The position numbers and the translations under genes were made by a program. A model generated the notes under the pieces. That model saw only the letters and a program-made list of their open reading frames with translations. It was not told where the DNA came from and searched no databases. Below are positions 62,837 to 64,000 of a stretch of 64,000 bases of DNA, piece by piece (position 1 is the stretch's first letter; each line of letters begins with the position of its first letter). The DNA is from Myxococcales bacterium UBA1238 (lineage in GTDB: Bacteria; Myxococcota_A; Bradymonadia; UBA7976; UBA1532): contig DBWM01000068.1 in assembly GCA_002309015.1 (NCBI GenBank), positions 17,108 to 81,107 on the forward strand, given 5' to 3'.

Positions 62837-63493
62837 ATGAACATCCATCTTCAAACTTTGCTCACTCTCTCATTCTCCTGCATGTTGATCAGTTGTGACA
62901 AAGGTGAAAGCAATCTGCCCTGCCTTTATGACTCCGAATGCATCGGCGGTCACTATTGCGCTGAAGATGGCCGATGTTATCCGCAGCAGGGCTGTGACAA
63001 CCATTATCAATGCGGTCCGCAGCAGCTTTGCAGCGCCGAAGCCCTCTGCATCACGCTCGACGGCTGCACGTTTGACAGCGAATGCGAAGAGCACGCTTAT
63101 TGTGATAACGGCAAGTGTTACTTTGCCAAGGAATGTGAAATCCACGAAGACTGCCAGAAAGGCCATATGTGTGAAGAAGGCTTATGCGTACCCATCAAAG
63201 AATGTGTCGATGATGACGGCTGCGCGGAGACCGACTTCTGCAACAGCGCTGGTCATTGCCAGGATTTAACGGATCCGAGCTGCTTCAAAGATGTCGACTG
63301 CCCTGACGATTATTTCTGCAACAGCAAATCGATTTGCCAGGATGTCAACGATACGAGCTGCGGAGACATCACCGATTGCTTCCAGGGGGAAGTTTGCAGC
63401 GATTCCCATTACTGTGTAGTTCCCTGCCAGACTCACGACGAATGTGCCCCAGACGGCATCTGCGGCGATCAAGGCTATTGCGTAAGCCCTTAA
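62837..63493 (+). CDS. Small Cys-rich repeat lipoprotein
   Basis: GAGGAG lies upstream of the ATG. The signal ends in CMLISC. About nine repeats follow the pattern C-x3-(D/E)C-x5-C-x3-G-x-C, for example CLYDSECIGGHYCAEDGRC and CEIHEDCQKGHMCEEGLC. Confidence 0.7.
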   Translation: MNIHLQTLLTLSFSCMLISCDKGESNLPCLYDSECIGGHYCAEDGRCYPQQGCDNHYQCGPQQLCSAEALCITLDGCTFDSECEEHAYCDNGKCYFAKECEIHEDCQKGHMCEEGLCVPIKECVDDDGCAETDFCNSAGHCQDLTDPSCFKDVDCPDDYFCNSKSICQDVNDTSCGDITDCFQGEVCSDSHYCVVPCQTHDECAPDGICGDQGYCVSP

Positions 63494-63496
63494 AAT

Positions 63497-64000
63497 CTAA
63501 CTCAAAACCCACCAAATCGCCAAACCGAACCCCACAACTGCCAGCGCCGCCATCACTTTCATCCAACCGTCGGAACGCGCCCGCCCGAGCGCTTCGTGGT
63601 GATCGAGATCGAGGATTTCTTCTCCAAAACGATGCTCGGAACCGAAAGGCTGCACGGAATCCTTTAACGAAAACGCCTTCTGCTCTGCGGGCTCCAGGCT
63701 CTGATTCTCTTTCTGATAGCGCGCCATCAGCGTGTTGGAACCGCTTAACTCGTTTTCTGCCAACGCTTTTTGGCTTACGCCATCTTTAAACCACGCAGTC
63801 TCGCTGAACACGAGCCCGTCTTCGGTCATGCGAGGTTCTTTTTGAAATTCTGCAAACTGAGGTAAAGAGGTTTGCGCGCCATCCCCTAAGGCCAAATCTG
63901 CTTTGGCCGACTGAAATTGCGATATTGCCGGCGCCTTTGACTCGACTCTTTTGGGCACCACGAGCACGTGAACCGGCTGCTGATCCTTGGCCGAAACGAT
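63497..64000 (-). CDS. Hypothetical protein with a C-terminal membrane anchor; the 5' end probably lies beyond the right edge
   Basis: ORF track 63497..63967 starts at GTG, but the frame stays open to position 64000. The C-terminus is WMKVMAALAVVGFGLAIWWVLS. I recognised no family. Confidence 0.4.
   Translation of the reverse strand: MVSAKDQQPVHVLVVPKRVESKAPAISQFQSAKADLALGDGAQTSLPQFAEFQKEPRMTEDGLVFSETAWFKDGVSQKALAENELSGSNTLMARYQKENQSLEPAEQKAFSLKDSVQPFGSEHRFGEEILDLDHHEALGRARSDGWMKVMAALAVVGFGLAIWWVLS

Noticed and set aside
1-64000. A prophage, integrative element, transposon, CRISPR-Cas or classical defence island
   Set aside because: I recognised no integrase, transposase, phage structural gene, cas gene or flanking tRNA/att-like repeat. 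The VapBC-like pair is the only accessory-type element.

Overview
This window is a gene-dense chromosomal segment with about 55 protein-coding genes. I found no rRNA, tRNA, CRISPR array, transposase or integrase. The gene content includes PEGA, DUF4388, FHA/PP2C signalling, Cys-rich lipoproteins, a MoxR-DUF58-BatA module, GH57+DUF4912 and ComEC. That mix looks like a Myxococcota/Bdellovibrionota-type (former deltaproteobacterial) genome, but this is inference only. No GC statistics or database searches were run.

Housekeeping genes recognised from sequence motifs are mpg (partial), a Ppx/GppA-family phosphatase, a UvrD-like helicase, a GH57 branching enzyme, comEC, S41 and M16 peptidases, gpmI, mltG, ruvX, folA, xseA-xseB-ispA-tlyA, a FliA-type sigma factor, dacB and deoC. 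Genes sit in long co-directional strings with many 1-, 4- and 7/8-nt stop/start overlaps.

No canonical defence island or mobile element is evident, and I cannot single out one candidate as the novel system. The candidates most worth follow-up are:
1. A 13.5-kb, 11-gene minus-strand string (29827..43362). It holds a MoxR-DUF58-BatA-type module with an HExxH-TPR protein and a giant coiled-coil membrane protein, running on into folA, twin ArsA/Get3-like ATPases, a BamD-like lipoprotein, ruvX and mltG.
2. An AT-rich 457-bp gap between convergent genes (29370..29826) with four ATAC(G/C)GTAT palindromes spaced exactly 41 bp apart.
3. A roughly 890-aa lipoprotein with about 15 tandem 32-aa six-cysteine repeats and a lamin-tail domain. 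It also carries a near-identical intragenic DNA duplication.
4. A three-gene module made of a GAF pseudo-histidine-kinase, a PilZ-like protein with five PPxY motifs, and a methyltransferase.
5. A translationally coupled set of two RdgC-like half-proteins, a PP2C phosphatase and a GT39-like glycosyltransferase.
6. An 815-aa fusion combining GYF-like, DUF4388, degenerate J-domain, TPR and degenerate CPBP-like regions.

All family assignments come from reading motifs by eye and need HMM or structure confirmation.
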